A stretch of 64,000 bases of DNA from Deltaproteobacteria bacterium (GCA_040218735.1 JAVJQW010000011.1:128001-192000); one strand, 5' to 3'. Positions 36,346 to 48,288 are shown, counted from the first letter of the stretch. The notes: a model not told the origin generated them from the sequence alone. Numbers and translations are program-made.

Positions 36346-36903
36346 ATGATGCAGAAGATCGCGTTCGTCGCCGCGCTGGTGCTCGTCGGTTGTAAGCCAC
36401 CGCCTCCCGCGGCTTCGACTTCGACGCTGTCGCCTCAGCCCGTCGACCTCACGGCGCTGACCCGGCTGACGCGCCCCGAGAGCACCACGGGCGAGCTGGT
36501 GTACGTGCCCATCTACTCCAGCACACCGCCGCAGGTCGGCAACTCCCGCTTCCCGCTCACGGCGATTCTGAGCGTGCACAACGTCGCGCTCGAGGGGCGC
36601 CTCGCGCTCACCGCGGTCACGTACTTCGATACGGCCGGGCGCCGGCTGAAGGAGATGGTCGAAGCCGACACCGTCCTCGGCCCGCTCGAAACGAAGCAGT
36701 TCGTCATCCCCGCCCGCGATCAGAGCGGCGGAACCGGCGCGAACTTCGTCGTGAAGTGGGAGGCCGAAGCCGAGACCCCGCGCCCCGTGATCGAGGCCCT
36801 CATGATCTCGACCACGTCCGCGCAGGGGGTGTCGTTCACGACCCAGGGCACGGTCATCCAGAAGCTCAGCCGCGAGGCCCCGAGCGACGGACGCGATGAC
36901 TGA
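36346..36903 (+). CDS. DUF3124-family lipoprotein
   Basis: Lipobox VLVGC; YVPIYS, LSVHN, YFDT-x-G, GGTGANFVV-x-W, PVIEALM and SF. Confidence 0.88.
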   Translation: MMQKIAFVAALVLVGCKPPPPAASTSTLSPQPVDLTALTRLTRPESTTGELVYVPIYSSTPPQVGNSRFPLTAILSVHNVALEGRLALTAVTYFDTAGRRLKEMVEADTVLGPLETKQFVIPARDQSGGTGANFVVKWEAEAETPRPVIEALMISTTSAQGVSFTTQGTVIQKLSREAPSDGRDD

Positions 36904-36944
36904 AAAAACGAAAGGCGCGCTACCTACCGGCAACGCGCCCTTCG
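36903..36944 (-). terminator. Rho-independent terminator downstream of tRNA-Leu(GAG)
   Basis: Minus strand reads CGAAGGGCGCGTTGCC-GGTA-GGTAGCGCGCCTTTCG followed by TTTTTT. Confidence 0.85.
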
Positions 36945-36959
36945 AAATCCTCGCTGGAG

Positions 36960-37041
36960 TGCGGCGGGGGAGACTCGAACTCCCATACCTCTCGGCGCCA
37001 CCCCCTCAAGATGGTGTGTCTACCAATTTCACCACCGCCGC
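36960..37041 (-). tRNA. tRNA-Leu(GAG), CCA not encoded
   Basis: GCGGCGG acceptor stem, TGGTGAAATTGGTAGACAC D-arm, CCATC-TT-GAG-GG-GGTGG anticodon arm, GTTCGAGTC T-loop; canonical position after secG. Confidence 0.95.
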
Positions 37042-37057
37042 ATAGGCGAGGACCGGA

Positions 37058-37086
37058 CCTTTACGAAGCAATTTTCTTTTCGTCAA
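37058..37086 (-). promoter_or_regulatory. Candidate promoter of tRNA-Leu(GAG)
   Basis: TTGACG-N17(A-rich)-TAAAGG. Confidence 0.55.
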
Positions 37087-37090
37087 CGAT

Positions 37091-37429
37091 TCACTGCGCG
37101 GCAGTGGACGATGCCGCAGGGGGCGTCGCCTGGTCACCCGAAGGCGTCGTCGTCGACTCGGTGGTCTGCTCGGTCTTGATGTCGCTGACGACCGAACGAT
37201 CCCGCGAAGAGAGCCAAGACAGGCTCATGCTCGTCACCATGAAGACGACCGCGCAGCCCGTGGTCATCTTCGTGAGGAAGTTGCTCGCGCCGCGGCTGCC
37301 GAACACCGTCCCCGCACCGCCGCCGCCGAACACGGCGGAGACGCCGCCGCCCTTACCGGACTGCAGCAAGATGACGGGAAGCATCCCGATGCACACGAGC
37401 ACGTGGAGGATGGTCAGCGCGGTCTCCAT
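37091..37429 (-). CDS. secG: Preprotein translocase subunit SecG
   Basis: ILLQSGKGGG...FGG...FG...LTK-x-T; follows tpiA. Confidence 0.95.
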   Translation of the reverse strand: METALTILHVLVCIGMLPVILLQSGKGGGVSAVFGGGGAGTVFGSRGASNFLTKMTTGCAVVFMVTSMSLSWLSSRDRSVVSDIKTEQTTESTTTPSGDQATPPAASSTAAQ

Positions 37430-37440
37430 GGCGAGGGGGC

Positions 37441-37469
37441 GTTTTGCCCAAGGCCTCCTACGTTGTCAA
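37441..37469 (-). promoter_or_regulatory. Candidate promoter of secG
   Basis: TTGACA-N17-CAAAAC in the tpiA-secG gap. Confidence 0.45.
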
Positions 37470-37471
37470 GC

Positions 37472-38230
37472 TCAGGCCGCCGCGGCGCAGATCTCGGCGA
37501 ACGAGTCCGCCTTCAGCGCCGCGCCGCCGATGAGGCCGCCGTCGATGTCGGGCTGCGCGAGCAGCTCCGCCGCGTTGGCGGGTTTCATCGAGCCGCCGTA
37601 CTGGATCCGAACCGCCTGAGCGGTCTCGTCGCCCCACTTCTTGGCCAGCTCGGCCCGAAGGTGCGCGTGGACCTCCTGCGCCTGGTCCGGCGTCGCGGTG
37701 CGGCCGGTGCCGATGGCCCAGACCGGCTCGTAGGCCACCACCACGTTCGAGACCTGGCCCGCGTCGAGGTTGCCGAGGCCGACCAGCAGCTGCTCGGTGA
37801 CGACCGGCAGGGTCTGGTTGCCGTCACGCTGTTCGAGCGTCTCCCCCACGCAGTAGATCGGCAGGAGGCCGCTCGCGAACAGCGCGCTGATCTTCTTCGC
37901 GCAGCTGTCGTTCGTCTCGCCGAACAGCGTGCGCCGCTCGCTGTGCCCGACGAGGCTGTACATGCAGCCCACGTCCTTCAGCATCCCGACCGAGATCTCC
38001 CCGGTGAACGCGCCCTGCCCCTCGAAGTGGCAGTTCTGCGCGGACAGTCGGATCTTCGATCCGGTGATGCGCTTGCTGACGGCGTGCAGCGCCGTGAACG
38101 TCGGCGCGACGCCGACCTCGACGCCCGCGAGTGATTCGATGCGGGGCAGCAGCCCGTCGATCAGCTCGACGGCCTCGCCGACCGTCTTGTGCATCTTCCA
38201 GTTGCCGCAGATGAAGGGTGTACGCGCCAT
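37472..38230 (-). CDS. tpiA: Triosephosphate isomerase
   Basis: GNWKM, GHSERR, AYEPVWAIGTG, YGGS and DGGLIGGA. Confidence 0.98.
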   Translation of the reverse strand: MARTPFICGNWKMHKTVGEAVELIDGLLPRIESLAGVEVGVAPTFTALHAVSKRITGSKIRLSAQNCHFEGQGAFTGEISVGMLKDVGCMYSLVGHSERRTLFGETNDSCAKKISALFASGLLPIYCVGETLEQRDGNQTLPVVTEQLLVGLGNLDAGQVSNVVVAYEPVWAIGTGRTATPDQAQEVHAHLRAELAKKWGDETAQAVRIQYGGSMKPANAAELLAQPDIDGGLIGGAALKADSFAEICAAAA

Positions 38231-38245
38231 CGTCTTGTCTTCCTT

Positions 38246-39421
38246 TCAGCCTTCCAGCGCCTTCACGCCGGGGAGGGTCTTGCCCTCGATGAGCTCCAGG
38301 CTCGCGCCGCCACCGGTCGACACGTGCGTGATCTTGTCCGCGAGGCCCGTCTTGTTGAGCGCCGCGACCGAGTCGCCACCGCCCACGACGGACGTCCCCG
38401 CGCTGTCCGCGACCGCCGCGGCGATCGCCTCGGTGCCCGCCGCGAAGCTCTCCCACTCGAACACGCCCATCGGCCCGTTCCAGAAGATCGTCTTCGCCTC
38501 GCGGATGACCTGCGCGTAGCGCTCGCGGGTCTTCGGCCCGATGTCGAGCCCCATGAACCCGTCGCGGATCTCCGTGACCGTCTCGGGCGTCGCGTTCTCG
38601 TCGAACGACGCCGCGACCACGTGATCCTCGGGCAACAACAGCTGCACCTTGCGCGCCTGCGCCGCCTTGATGATCTGCTCCGCCGACGTCAGCGCGTCGG
38701 ACTCGACGCGGCTGTTGCCGACGTTCTTCCCGCGCGCCTTCAGCAACGTGTACGCCATCGCGCCGCCGATCATCAGCGCGCTGCAGCGCTGCACCAGGCT
38801 GTTGAGGACGCCGAGTTTGTCGCTGACCTTCGCCCCGCCGACGATCGCCACGAACGGCGCGACGGGGTTGTCGAGGATCTTCCCGAGGTGGTCGAGCTCG
38901 CGCTTCATCAGCAGGCCGGCGCCCTTGTCGCGGACGAACCGCACCATGCCGGTCGTCGACGCGTGCGCGCGGTGCGCGGCGCCGAACGCGTCGTTCACGT
39001 AGACGTCCACGCCCTCGGCGAGCGCGCGCGCGAACTCTTCGTCGTTCTTCTCCTCCGCCGCGTGGAAGCGGAGGTTCTCGAGCACCAGGACGTCGCCCTC
39101 GCGGAGGTCCTTGATGTTCTTCTTCACGCCGTCACCGACGCAGTCGTCCGCGAACGTCACCTCCTTGTCGAGCAGCTCCGACAGCCGCGCGGCCGCCGGC
39201 TCGAGCGACATGTCCGGGTCCCGCTTCCCCTTCGGCCGCCCGAGGTGCGACGCGATGACGAGGCGCGCGCCCTTGTCGATCGCGAGCTGGATCGTCGGCA
39301 GCGCGGCGCGGATGCGGGTGTCGTCGCTGACCTGCCCGTCGGGCGTCAGCGGGACGTTGAAGTCGACACGGATGAAGGTGACCCGACCCTGCAGGTCGAG
39401 GTCGGCGATGGACTGGATCAT
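38246..39421 (-). CDS. pgk: Phosphoglycerate kinase
   Basis: [37 protein letters not shown] and STGGGASL. Confidence 0.98.
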   Translation of the reverse strand: MIQSIADLDLQGRVTFIRVDFNVPLTPDGQVSDDTRIRAALPTIQLAIDKGARLVIASHLGRPKGKRDPDMSLEPAAARLSELLDKEVTFADDCVGDGVKKNIKDLREGDVLVLENLRFHAAEEKNDEEFARALAEGVDVYVNDAFGAAHRAHASTTGMVRFVRDKGAGLLMKRELDHLGKILDNPVAPFVAIVGGAKVSDKLGVLNSLVQRCSALMIGGAMAYTLLKARGKNVGNSRVESDALTSAEQIIKAAQARKVQLLLPEDHVVAASFDENATPETVTEIRDGFMGLDIGPKTRERYAQVIREAKTIFWNGPMGVFEWESFAAGTEAIAAAVADSAGTSVVGGGDSVAALNKTGLADKITHVSTGGGASLELIEGKTLPGVKALEG

Positions 39422-39445
39422 GGGAGGCCTCTCGCAGCAGCGGGT

Positions 39446-39472
39446 CGGGGCCCCGCGGCGCGCGAGGCCCCG
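39446..39472 (-). other. Strong intergenic hairpin between gap and pgk
   Basis: CGGGGCCTCGCG-CGC-CGCGGGGCCCCG forms a 12 bp stem with no U-tract. It may stabilise the gap mRNA 3' end (inference). Confidence 0.45.
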
Positions 39473-39485
39473 TTTCGAACAGCTT

Positions 39486-40496
39486 CTAGGACGACTGCTT
39501 CGCCATGTAGTTGGCGATGTCGACGACGCGGCTCGAGTAACCCCACTCGTTGTCGTACCAGGAGACGACCTTGACCATGCGCTTCTCCATGACGTCCGTG
39601 AGCGCAGAGTCGACGGTCGAGCTGTTGGCGTTGCCGATGAAGTCGATCGACACCAGCGGCTTGTCGCTCACGCCGAGCACACCCTTCATCGGGCCGTTCG
39701 CCGCAGCGTTGAGCGCCGCGTTGACCTCTTCCTTCGTCACGTCCTTGCTGACGTTGGCGACGAGGTCGACGAGCGAGACGTCCTTGGTCGGGACGCGCAC
39801 CGCGAAGCCGTTCAGCTTGCCGGCGAGCTCCGGGAGCACGAGGCCGACGGCCTTCGCGGCGCCGGTCGTCGTCGGGATCATCGACTCGAACGCAGCGCGC
39901 GCGCGGCGGTAGTCCTTGTGCGGCAGGTCGAGGATCTGCTGGTCGTTCGTGACCGCGTGGATCGTCGTCATCAGGCCGTGCTCGATCCCGAACGAGTCGT
40001 TCAGGACCTTCGCGACGGGCGCGAGGCAGTTCGTGGTGCACGACGCGTTCGACACGAGGAAGTGCTTCGAGGCGTCGAACGTCTCGTGGTTCACGCCGTA
40101 GGCGAGCGTCGCGTCGACGTTCTTGCCCGGCGCGCTGATCAGCACGCGCTTGGCGCCGGCCTGGACGTGCATCTTGGCCTTCTCGCCGTCCGTGAAGATG
40201 CCGGTCGACTCGATGACGATGTCGACGCCCATCTCGCCCCACGGGAGCTTCGTCGGGTCGCGTTCGGCGAGCGTCTTGATCGACTTGCCGTCGACGATGA
40301 TCTCGTTGTCACCCTGCGCGACGGTGCCGTCGTACTTGCCGTGCACCGAGTCGTACTCGAGCAGGTGCGCGAGCATCGCGTCGTCGGTCAGGTCGTTGAT
40401 CGCGACGACCTCCAGGTTGTGGTTGGTGCTCTTGTTCAGCGCCCGAAGGACGCAGCGGCCGATTCGGCCGAACCCGTTGATCGCAATGCGCGTCAT
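39486..40496 (-). CDS. gap: Type I glyceraldehyde-3-phosphate dehydrogenase
   Basis: [27 protein letters not shown] and WYDNEWGYS. Confidence 0.98.
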   Translation of the reverse strand: MTRIAINGFGRIGRCVLRALNKSTNHNLEVVAINDLTDDAMLAHLLEYDSVHGKYDGTVAQGDNEIIVDGKSIKTLAERDPTKLPWGEMGVDIVIESTGIFTDGEKAKMHVQAGAKRVLISAPGKNVDATLAYGVNHETFDASKHFLVSNASCTTNCLAPVAKVLNDSFGIEHGLMTTIHAVTNDQQILDLPHKDYRRARAAFESMIPTTTGAAKAVGLVLPELAGKLNGFAVRVPTKDVSLVDLVANVSKDVTKEEVNAALNAAANGPMKGVLGVSDKPLVSIDFIGNANSSTVDSALTDVMEKRMVKVVSWYDNEWGYSSRVVDIANYMAKQSS

Positions 40497-40577
40497 CTCT
40501 CCCATACCTCCAGGCAGCGTGGTTGCTCGGCGCGGTTGATTTAGCGCGGCGCGTCAGCCGAGCGCGCTGCCGCGCAC

Positions 40578-40606
40578 CGTGTAAGAGATCGCTTCAGCCC
40601 CGTCAA
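40578..40606 (-). promoter_or_regulatory. Candidate promoter of the gap operon
   Basis: TTGACG-N17-TACACG. Confidence 0.5.
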
Positions 40607-40647
40607 GGTGTGGCGTTCGCACCGGCGTGACGTGTATGGGTCGTCGC

Positions 40648-42267
<1,620 letters not shown>

Positions 42268-42274
42268 CGGGGCA

Positions 42275-43099
42275 TCACTCGGGGCGCGTGACGCCGGCCA
42301 GGCAACTGGCCGGCGTCGAAGCCGTCGTCATCCTCACCGGGAGCGCGTCGATTCCGCTGACCAACACGCGGTCGTCTTCGGTGCGGGGACCGCTCGCGGT
42401 CGCGCTGATGTAACAGTCCTTCACCACGTCGACGGAGCTGAGCTCGGTCGGTCGGACGAAGTGCGTCGGCCACAGCACATCGGTGTTCGCCGACGCGCCC
42501 GACGGGAGGCGCGCGACCGCGAAGCGACCGTCGTGGGTCCAGAACCGGTGCGTGACGTCGTCCCTGGGATGGACCGCGATCTCGACGCTGTCGATCGTCG
42601 TGTCGTTCGCGGGGTCGACGAAGTGGACCGTGTACGACGACGCACCCCGAGAGACCTCCGCTACGAAGCGGCCGTCCCGGGAGGGGATGGCTTCGGTGTA
42701 CGCGCCGAGCTCTGCGCGCCGCGCGAGGCGCCGCTCCCCGTTTGCGTCGACGACCAACGCGTGGTCACCGCCGGTCACCCCGCTCCACTCGAGGAGCAGA
42801 TAACCGGCCGCGTGCATGTAGTAGAAGTCGCTCGGCGGCGACCCGGAACCGACGTAGAGCGTCTCGTCCTCGACGAACCCATCCGCGTCCACGCTGCCGG
42901 CGACGATGGTGTACTCGGTGTCCTTCGAGTCCACCGGGCACCCCTCGTAGGTCACACAAACGCGCGTGCTCTCGATGTGCTCCACCATCACCGCGGCGCG
43001 GGTGCCGTCTTCCGAGAAGACCCCGGACACCACGGTGAGCGCGTGGCTCTCGCCGCAACCCGCCAGGAGCAGGAACAACCACGACCAACCTCTCGTCAT
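42275..43099 (-). CDS. Hypothetical lipoprotein (beta-rich)
   Basis: Lipobox LLAGC after MTRGWSWLF. Confidence 0.68.
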   Translation of the reverse strand: MTRGWSWLFLLLAGCGESHALTVVSGVFSEDGTRAAVMVEHIESTRVCVTYEGCPVDSKDTEYTIVAGSVDADGFVEDETLYVGSGSPPSDFYYMHAAGYLLLEWSGVTGGDHALVVDANGERRLARRAELGAYTEAIPSRDGRFVAEVSRGASSYTVHFVDPANDTTIDSVEIAVHPRDDVTHRFWTHDGRFAVARLPSGASANTDVLWPTHFVRPTELSSVDVVKDCYISATASGPRTEDDRVLVSGIDALPVRMTTASTPASCLAGVTRPE

Positions 43100-43176
43100 G
43101 GTGTTCAGCCTCGCTCGATCGCAAACCGCCCCGCAAGTCGGTACGGGCGGTGACCGCACGCACGGCTCGGCGTCGG

Positions 43177-45024
43177 CTACTTCGACGCCGTCGCCGCCTG
43201 CTTCGACTGGATCCAGTCCTCGACCTGACGATCGAGGATCTCCAACGGCACCGCCCCGCCCTGCAGGACGGCGTCGTGGAAGCCGCGGATGTCGAAGTCG
43301 TCGCCGAGCGCTTCCTCGGCCTTCTTCCTCAGCGCCTGGATGCGCAGCATGCCGATCTTGTAGCTCGTCGCCTGCCCAGGCCACACGATGTAGCGCCGCA
43401 CTTCGGAGCGCACCGACTCTTCGGGTTCGGGCGTGTTCGCCAGGAAGTATTCGATCGCCTGCTGCTCGTTCCAGCCCTTCGCGTGCAGGCCGGTGTCGAC
43501 GACCAACCGCACCGCGCGCCACATCTCGGAGGTCAGCCGGCCGAGCTCTGCGTAGGGGTCTTGGTACGTGCCCGGGATCTCCTTGGCGAGCCACTCGGAG
43601 TAGAGCGCCCAGCCCTCCATGTACGCGGTGAAGTGCGCCTGCGTTCGGAACTTCGGCACGTCCTTCAGCTCCTGCGCGATCGCGATCTGCATGTGATGGC
43701 CCGGGATGCCTTCGTGGTACGCGATCACCTCGAGCATGTTCTTCGGCATCGCGGTCATGTCCGACAGGTGCACGTAGTAGACGCCGGGGCGCGAGCCATC
43801 GGGCGTGCCAGGGAAGTAGTGCTGCGCGGCGCCGTCACGCTCGCGGAACGGCTCGACGCGCTTCACGACGATGTCCGCCTGCGGGAGCAGACCGAAGTAC
43901 TGCGGCAGCTGCTTCTTGATGTTCTCGACCGCCGCCTTCGCGTCGGTGAGGTACGCCGCGCGACCCTCGTCGGTGTTCGGGTAGTAGTTCCATTCGCCCT
44001 TGCGCACGTGGTCGAGGAACTTCTCCAGGTCCCCTTCGAAGTCGACCTGCTTCATCACGCCCTTCATCTCTTCGCGGAGGCGCGCGACCTCCGACAGACC
44101 GAGCTCGTGGATCTGCTCGGCGTTCATGTCCGTCGTGGTGTTGGTCCACAGGCGGTACGCGTAGTACGCGGCGCCGTTGTCGCGGCTGCTCACGCCGGTA
44201 GCGATCTCGGGCGAGCGCTTCATCTCCTCCTTCGCCCACGCGATGACCTTCCCGTAGGCGGGCGCGACGTTGTCGACGAGCGCCTTCTTCGCGCGCTGCC
44301 GCATCGCTTCGGCCTCCTCGGCCGTGACCTTCTTCGCCTTCTCGAGCTTCTCGATCTCCGACTTCATGTCGGCCCACAGGCCCGAGTCGTCGCCCTCGCC
44401 GAATGGCTGTCCGGTGATGACGTTCTGGCTCTGTTCGATGACACCTTCCAGCGCGAACTTCGGGTACCGAACCCCGCGCTCGGCGGTGCCCTTCTTCGAG
44501 ATCTCGAGCAGCTGATCGAACGCCGTCGGGATCGCCTCGACGCGTTTGATGTACGCGTCCATGTCCGACGCGCTCTCGACCGTGTGCACGCTGATCAGCA
44601 CCGTCGGCAAGCCGCTCTGTGCGCCGTCCATCTGATGGAAGATCAAGCCGTCGTAGATGAACTTCCGCCCGCGCTCGGTGTCTTCGAGCTGGTGGACCCA
44701 GACGTCCCACGACTGCTGCTCGGCCGGCGAGAGCGCGTCACGATCGAACTTCGCCTTCATCGCCTCGACCGACTTCCGCTTCCACGCGAGGTGTTCGTCG
44801 TAACCCGCGACGGAGAAGTCGCCGAGCTCGTCGTAGCGGTCGCGGCGCCCCATGAACGTCATCTTGATCGGGCTGAACTGCAGCTCCTCTTCGAACTGCG
44901 CGTCGAGCCAACCGACGAAATCCTTCGAGACCTCATCGGTCGTGGTCTCGGCCACTCCGCCGGCGCGGCAGGCGACGACCAGGAACATCGTGACGAAGAG
45001 CGAAGCGCTGATACGGTTCTTCAC
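43177..45024 (-). CDS. DUF885-family lipoprotein (metallopeptidase-like)
   Basis: Lipobox VVAC; YHEGIPGHH-x-Q, EGWALYSE, RLVVDTGLH and PGQATSYKIG. Confidence 0.93.
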   Translation of the reverse strand: MKNRISASLFVTMFLVVACRAGGVAETTTDEVSKDFVGWLDAQFEEELQFSPIKMTFMGRRDRYDELGDFSVAGYDEHLAWKRKSVEAMKAKFDRDALSPAEQQSWDVWVHQLEDTERGRKFIYDGLIFHQMDGAQSGLPTVLISVHTVESASDMDAYIKRVEAIPTAFDQLLEISKKGTAERGVRYPKFALEGVIEQSQNVITGQPFGEGDDSGLWADMKSEIEKLEKAKKVTAEEAEAMRQRAKKALVDNVAPAYGKVIAWAKEEMKRSPEIATGVSSRDNGAAYYAYRLWTNTTTDMNAEQIHELGLSEVARLREEMKGVMKQVDFEGDLEKFLDHVRKGEWNYYPNTDEGRAAYLTDAKAAVENIKKQLPQYFGLLPQADIVVKRVEPFRERDGAAQHYFPGTPDGSRPGVYYVHLSDMTAMPKNMLEVIAYHEGIPGHHMQIAIAQELKDVPKFRTQAHFTAYMEGWALYSEWLAKEIPGTYQDPYAELGRLTSEMWRAVRLVVDTGLHAKGWNEQQAIEYFLANTPEPEESVRSEVRRYIVWPGQATSYKIGMLRIQALRKKAEEALGDDFDIRGFHDAVLQGGAVPLEILDRQVEDWIQSKQAATASK

Positions 45025-45062
45025 GGGCGCCCTTTTGCCCCCGCTCGGGGCGCCGGGCAACC

Positions 45063-45452
45063 TCACCCGAGCGCGGCGTTCACATGTGCACGCATCGACT
45101 CCAGATCGGAATCCTTGTCGAGGAAGGCGTGTACGAAGTCGTGCGCGCGGGCGGCATCCGCATCGGCGGGCGCGATCGAGGACGTGTACATGAGCACCGC
45201 GAGGTCGGCGAGGTGGGCGTGGCGCTCGCGCAGGTCGGCGAGGCGCGGGAGGAGGTCCATACCCGAGACGATCGGCATGTTCACGTCGAGGAACACGACG
45301 TCGAAGCGACACGCTGAGTCCGCGAGGACGCGTTCGGCCTCGGCGGCGCTCGCCGCTTCCGTGATCGCGAACGATGCATCGATCTTCCGGAGGCGCCGAC
45401 GCAGCAGGTAGCGTTCGTCTTCGCGGTCGTCGACGATCAGCATGTGGGTCAC
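45063..45452 (-). CDS. Single-domain response regulator
   Basis: LIVDD, FLDVNMP, TSS and K motifs. Confidence 0.88.
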   Translation of the reverse strand: MTHMLIVDDREDERYLLRRRLRKIDASFAITEAASAAEAERVLADSACRFDVVFLDVNMPIVSGMDLLPRLADLRERHAHLADLAVLMYTSSIAPADADAARAHDFVHAFLDKDSDLESMRAHVNAALG

Positions 45453-46663
45453 GTCCGTTCACCTCGTTCGGGGATCGATACGACGAACCGCGTCCCCATA
45501 CCGGGTTCGCTCTCGAGCGTGATCGTCCCGTTCAGCGCTCGGACGTGACGACCGACGATCGACATCCCCAAACCGGTGCCGTTGGCGCGCTCGGTGTGCA
45601 GGCGCTCGAACATCTCGAAGATGCGCCCGTGCTGCACCTTCGGGATGCCCAGACCGTTGTCCGCGACCGAGATTCGCAGCTCGGCGGCGTCGCGTTCGAG
45701 CGAAATCCGAACGAAGCGGTCGGCGCGATCCGGATCGCTGTACTTCACGGCGTTGGACACGAGGTGAGAGAGGATCTGAAGCAAACGACCCTGCTCGATT
45801 CGGAGCGCTCCGTGGCACGAATCCAACCGTAGCTCGACACCGGCCGCATCCGCCGACTCGGCGTGCGCGATGGCCACGTCGGCGAGCAGGTCATCGAGGT
45901 CCGTCGTCATCTCGGGTGTTTCGCCCTGGGTCGCGCTCGTCAGCTCGAGGAGGTCCGCGACGAGCTCGCTGACGTCGTTTCCGATCTCGATGATCCGCGC
46001 GACGTTCGCGCGCGCCTCCTCCTTCGCGTCGTCGTCGATGTCTTCGAGCGCCGTCTCGGCGAACCGACGCATCATGAGCACCGGGCTCTTCAGGTCGTGT
46101 GACACCCGGTAGGTGAACCGTCGCAGCTCCGCGAGCTCGACCGAGCGCTGCTCGAAGATGACCTCGAGCTGTTCCATCGTGAGCGCGAGCTCGAGCTGCG
46201 CGACGACCTGGCTGGCCAGGGTCGTCAGGTGACGACGCTGCGCGTCGGTGAGGCATCGTGGGTGGTGGTCGATCGCGCACAGCGTGCCGAGGTTGTGTCC
46301 GTGCACCGACAGCGGCGCCCCCGCGTAGAAGCGAACGTGAGGCGGCCCCGTGACCAGAGGGTTGTCGAAGAAGCGCTCGTCCTCGAACGCATCCTCCACC
46401 TCGAACAGATCGTCGTCGAGGATGGCGTGGGCGCAGAAGGCGACCGCGCGGGGGGTCGACTCCACGTCGAGCCCGCAGGAGGCCCAGAAGACCTGACTCA
46501 TCGCGTCGACCATGCTCACGAGCGCGATCGGCGTGCCGCAGATCTCCGCGGCGGTCCGGGTGAGCTGACGGAGGCTACCGGCGACCTTCTCGCGGACCGT
46601 CCCGCACGACGCCAGGACCGCGAGCCGCTCGACCTCGTCCACCGCCTGGGGCGCTTCGATCAA
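45449..46663 (-). CDS. GAF-domain sensor histidine kinase
   Basis: AFCAHAIL, NPLV, RFYAGAPL, SHDLKSP, NAVKY, DNGLG and GTGLG. TTG start inferred after GGAGG. Confidence 0.9.
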   Translation of the reverse strand: MIEAPQAVDEVERLAVLASCGTVREKVAGSLRQLTRTAAEICGTPIALVSMVDAMSQVFWASCGLDVESTPRAVAFCAHAILDDDLFEVEDAFEDERFFDNPLVTGPPHVRFYAGAPLSVHGHNLGTLCAIDHHPRCLTDAQRRHLTTLASQVVAQLELALTMEQLEVIFEQRSVELAELRRFTYRVSHDLKSPVLMMRRFAETALEDIDDDAKEEARANVARIIEIGNDVSELVADLLELTSATQGETPEMTTDLDDLLADVAIAHAESADAAGVELRLDSCHGALRIEQGRLLQILSHLVSNAVKYSDPDRADRFVRISLERDAAELRISVADNGLGIPKVQHGRIFEMFERLHTERANGTGLGMSIVGRHVRALNGTITLESEPGMGTRFVVSIPERGERT

Positions 46664-46827
46664 ACCGCGATGTCCTCCATGCGCACGGGGATCGGTTCGG
46701 ACGGATTCCCCTACGCTTGAACGCGGCGTAGAACCCGGGGTCCACCGTGTTCCGGGAAGGAACAAATCTGTACGCCGACCACGGCCCAGGCACACCTAGC
46801 CGCGCCTCTGGCCGGTTTGGCCGACCC

Positions 46828-48288
46828 TCAGGATTTGGCGTTCTGCTTCCTCAGCCGCTCCGACAGCGTGCGCACGAACGTCTGGTACACGTGCAGCGCG
46901 ATCCGCTCGTGCTCGAACATCAGCTGCTGGAGTCGATCCTTACGGATGAGGAGCGCCTTCACCGCGCCGACCGCAGTCACGCGCGCCGACGTGGGCGCGT
47001 CGTCGAAGAGCGACATCTCGCCGACGTACTTCCCGGCGGGGAGCTCCGCGAGGACGCTCTGTTTCCCGCCACCCTCGATCTTCGTGACACGGATCGAGCC
47101 TTCGCGAACGATGAACAGCCCCTCGCCCGCGTGGCCCTGCTCGATCAGGATGTCGCCGTCGCCGAACGACACCTGATCACACACGCCGTACAGCGCCTTC
47201 ATCTCGTCGAGCGTGAGGTCCTCGAAGATCGGCAGCTGCTTGAGCGCGTCGTAGCCGTCCATCCGCTGCACGTAGCCCACCGGCACCGTCTCGGCCGGAG
47301 CCGGCGGCCGCGGGGCGTCGGGGCGCGGCGCGAACGGGTTGCCGTCGAGCGCCGCGAACGGATCCGTGGCGCCAGCGGGCGGGATGCCTTTGACCGACGG
47401 GGCCGGCGTCCCCTTCACGGCGCGGAACGCACCGGAGTTGGCCGGCGCGATCGGCGCGGTCTGGTTCCCCTCCATCGAAGCGTACAGCCGCGCCGTGTCC
47501 TTGTAGTTCTTGTCGAACGCGAGCACGAGCTCGAACGCGTGGCGCGCGTGGTCGACCTGGTTCTGCTCCCACATCAGCCGGCCGAGTCGATAAGCGATCT
47601 CCGCCATCATCTTCGACGTGAGCGGCTGCCCGCGCGGCAGCGCCATCGCGAGCCGCTGCGCCGCGAGGTCGCGGCGACCGAGCTTCACCAGCACCTCCGA
47701 AAGGAGCCCCACCGCCTGAACGAACTGCGGGTGGTTCGACGGCACCTGCGACAACGCACGCGCCGCGCCTTCGTCGTCACCGGCGCGCATGAAGAGCTGC
47801 CCGGCGCCGACGGCGTCACCCGACTTCGCGAGCTGGTCGGCGGCGTTCGTGAAGTCCTTCGCCTTGAAGAGGATCTCGGCCGCCTTCCGGTGGTCGCCGA
47901 GCTTCGCGAACATGCTCGCGGCCTTCTTCTGGTCCCCCGCGTTGAGGTGACACGCCGCGGCCTTGTCCCACTTGTAACTCGCCGCGTACGCACGCGCCGC
48001 CGCGTTCCACTCCTCCAGATCCTCACACGCCGCCGCGGCGCGCTCGTAGTCACGCGACCGGTAGAACAGGTTCGCGATGTTCTTCTTCATCTGGACCGAG
48101 GCCGCGGTGAACTCTTCCCACAGCTGCTTGCCGACCGTCTCCTGCACGCAGCTCTCGTAGAGCTTCACTGCGTCGTCGACCTCGTTCTTGGCCAGGTGGC
48201 GGCGGAGCTGCTCGATCACCTTGCCCGTCGCCATGAACTGTCCGCCCGACGATCCCGACTCGTCGAACTCCCATTCCATCAACGCCAT
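46828..48288 (-). CDS. TPR-like helical repeat protein with C-terminal cNMP-binding domain
   Basis: AA-x-x-Y/F repeats, Pro-rich linker, LIEQG...LFIVREG...GEMSLFD-x-x-PTSA. Start could be 48288, 48279 or 48234. Confidence 0.85.
   Translation of the reverse strand: MALMEWEFDESGSSGGQFMATGKVIEQLRRHLAKNEVDDAVKLYESCVQETVGKQLWEEFTAASVQMKKNIANLFYRSRDYERAAAACEDLEEWNAAARAYAASYKWDKAAACHLNAGDQKKAASMFAKLGDHRKAAEILFKAKDFTNAADQLAKSGDAVGAGQLFMRAGDDEGAARALSQVPSNHPQFVQAVGLLSEVLVKLGRRDLAAQRLAMALPRGQPLTSKMMAEIAYRLGRLMWEQNQVDHARHAFELVLAFDKNYKDTARLYASMEGNQTAPIAPANSGAFRAVKGTPAPSVKGIPPAGATDPFAALDGNPFAPRPDAPRPPAPAETVPVGYVQRMDGYDALKQLPIFEDLTLDEMKALYGVCDQVSFGDGDILIEQGHAGEGLFIVREGSIRVTKIEGGGKQSVLAELPAGKYVGEMSLFDDAPTSARVTAVGAVKALLIRKDRLQQLMFEHERIALHVYQTFVRTLSERLRKQNAKS

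Noticed and set aside
36955-36960. Encoded CCA end for tRNA-Leu(GAG)
   Set aside because: The sequence after the discriminator reads CTCCA, so CCA is offset by 2 nt. This is consistent with addition by the cca enzyme.
45063-46663. GAF kinase as a phytochrome
   Set aside because: No PAS-GAF-PHY architecture or DIP motif; it is an ordinary GAF-HK/RR pair.
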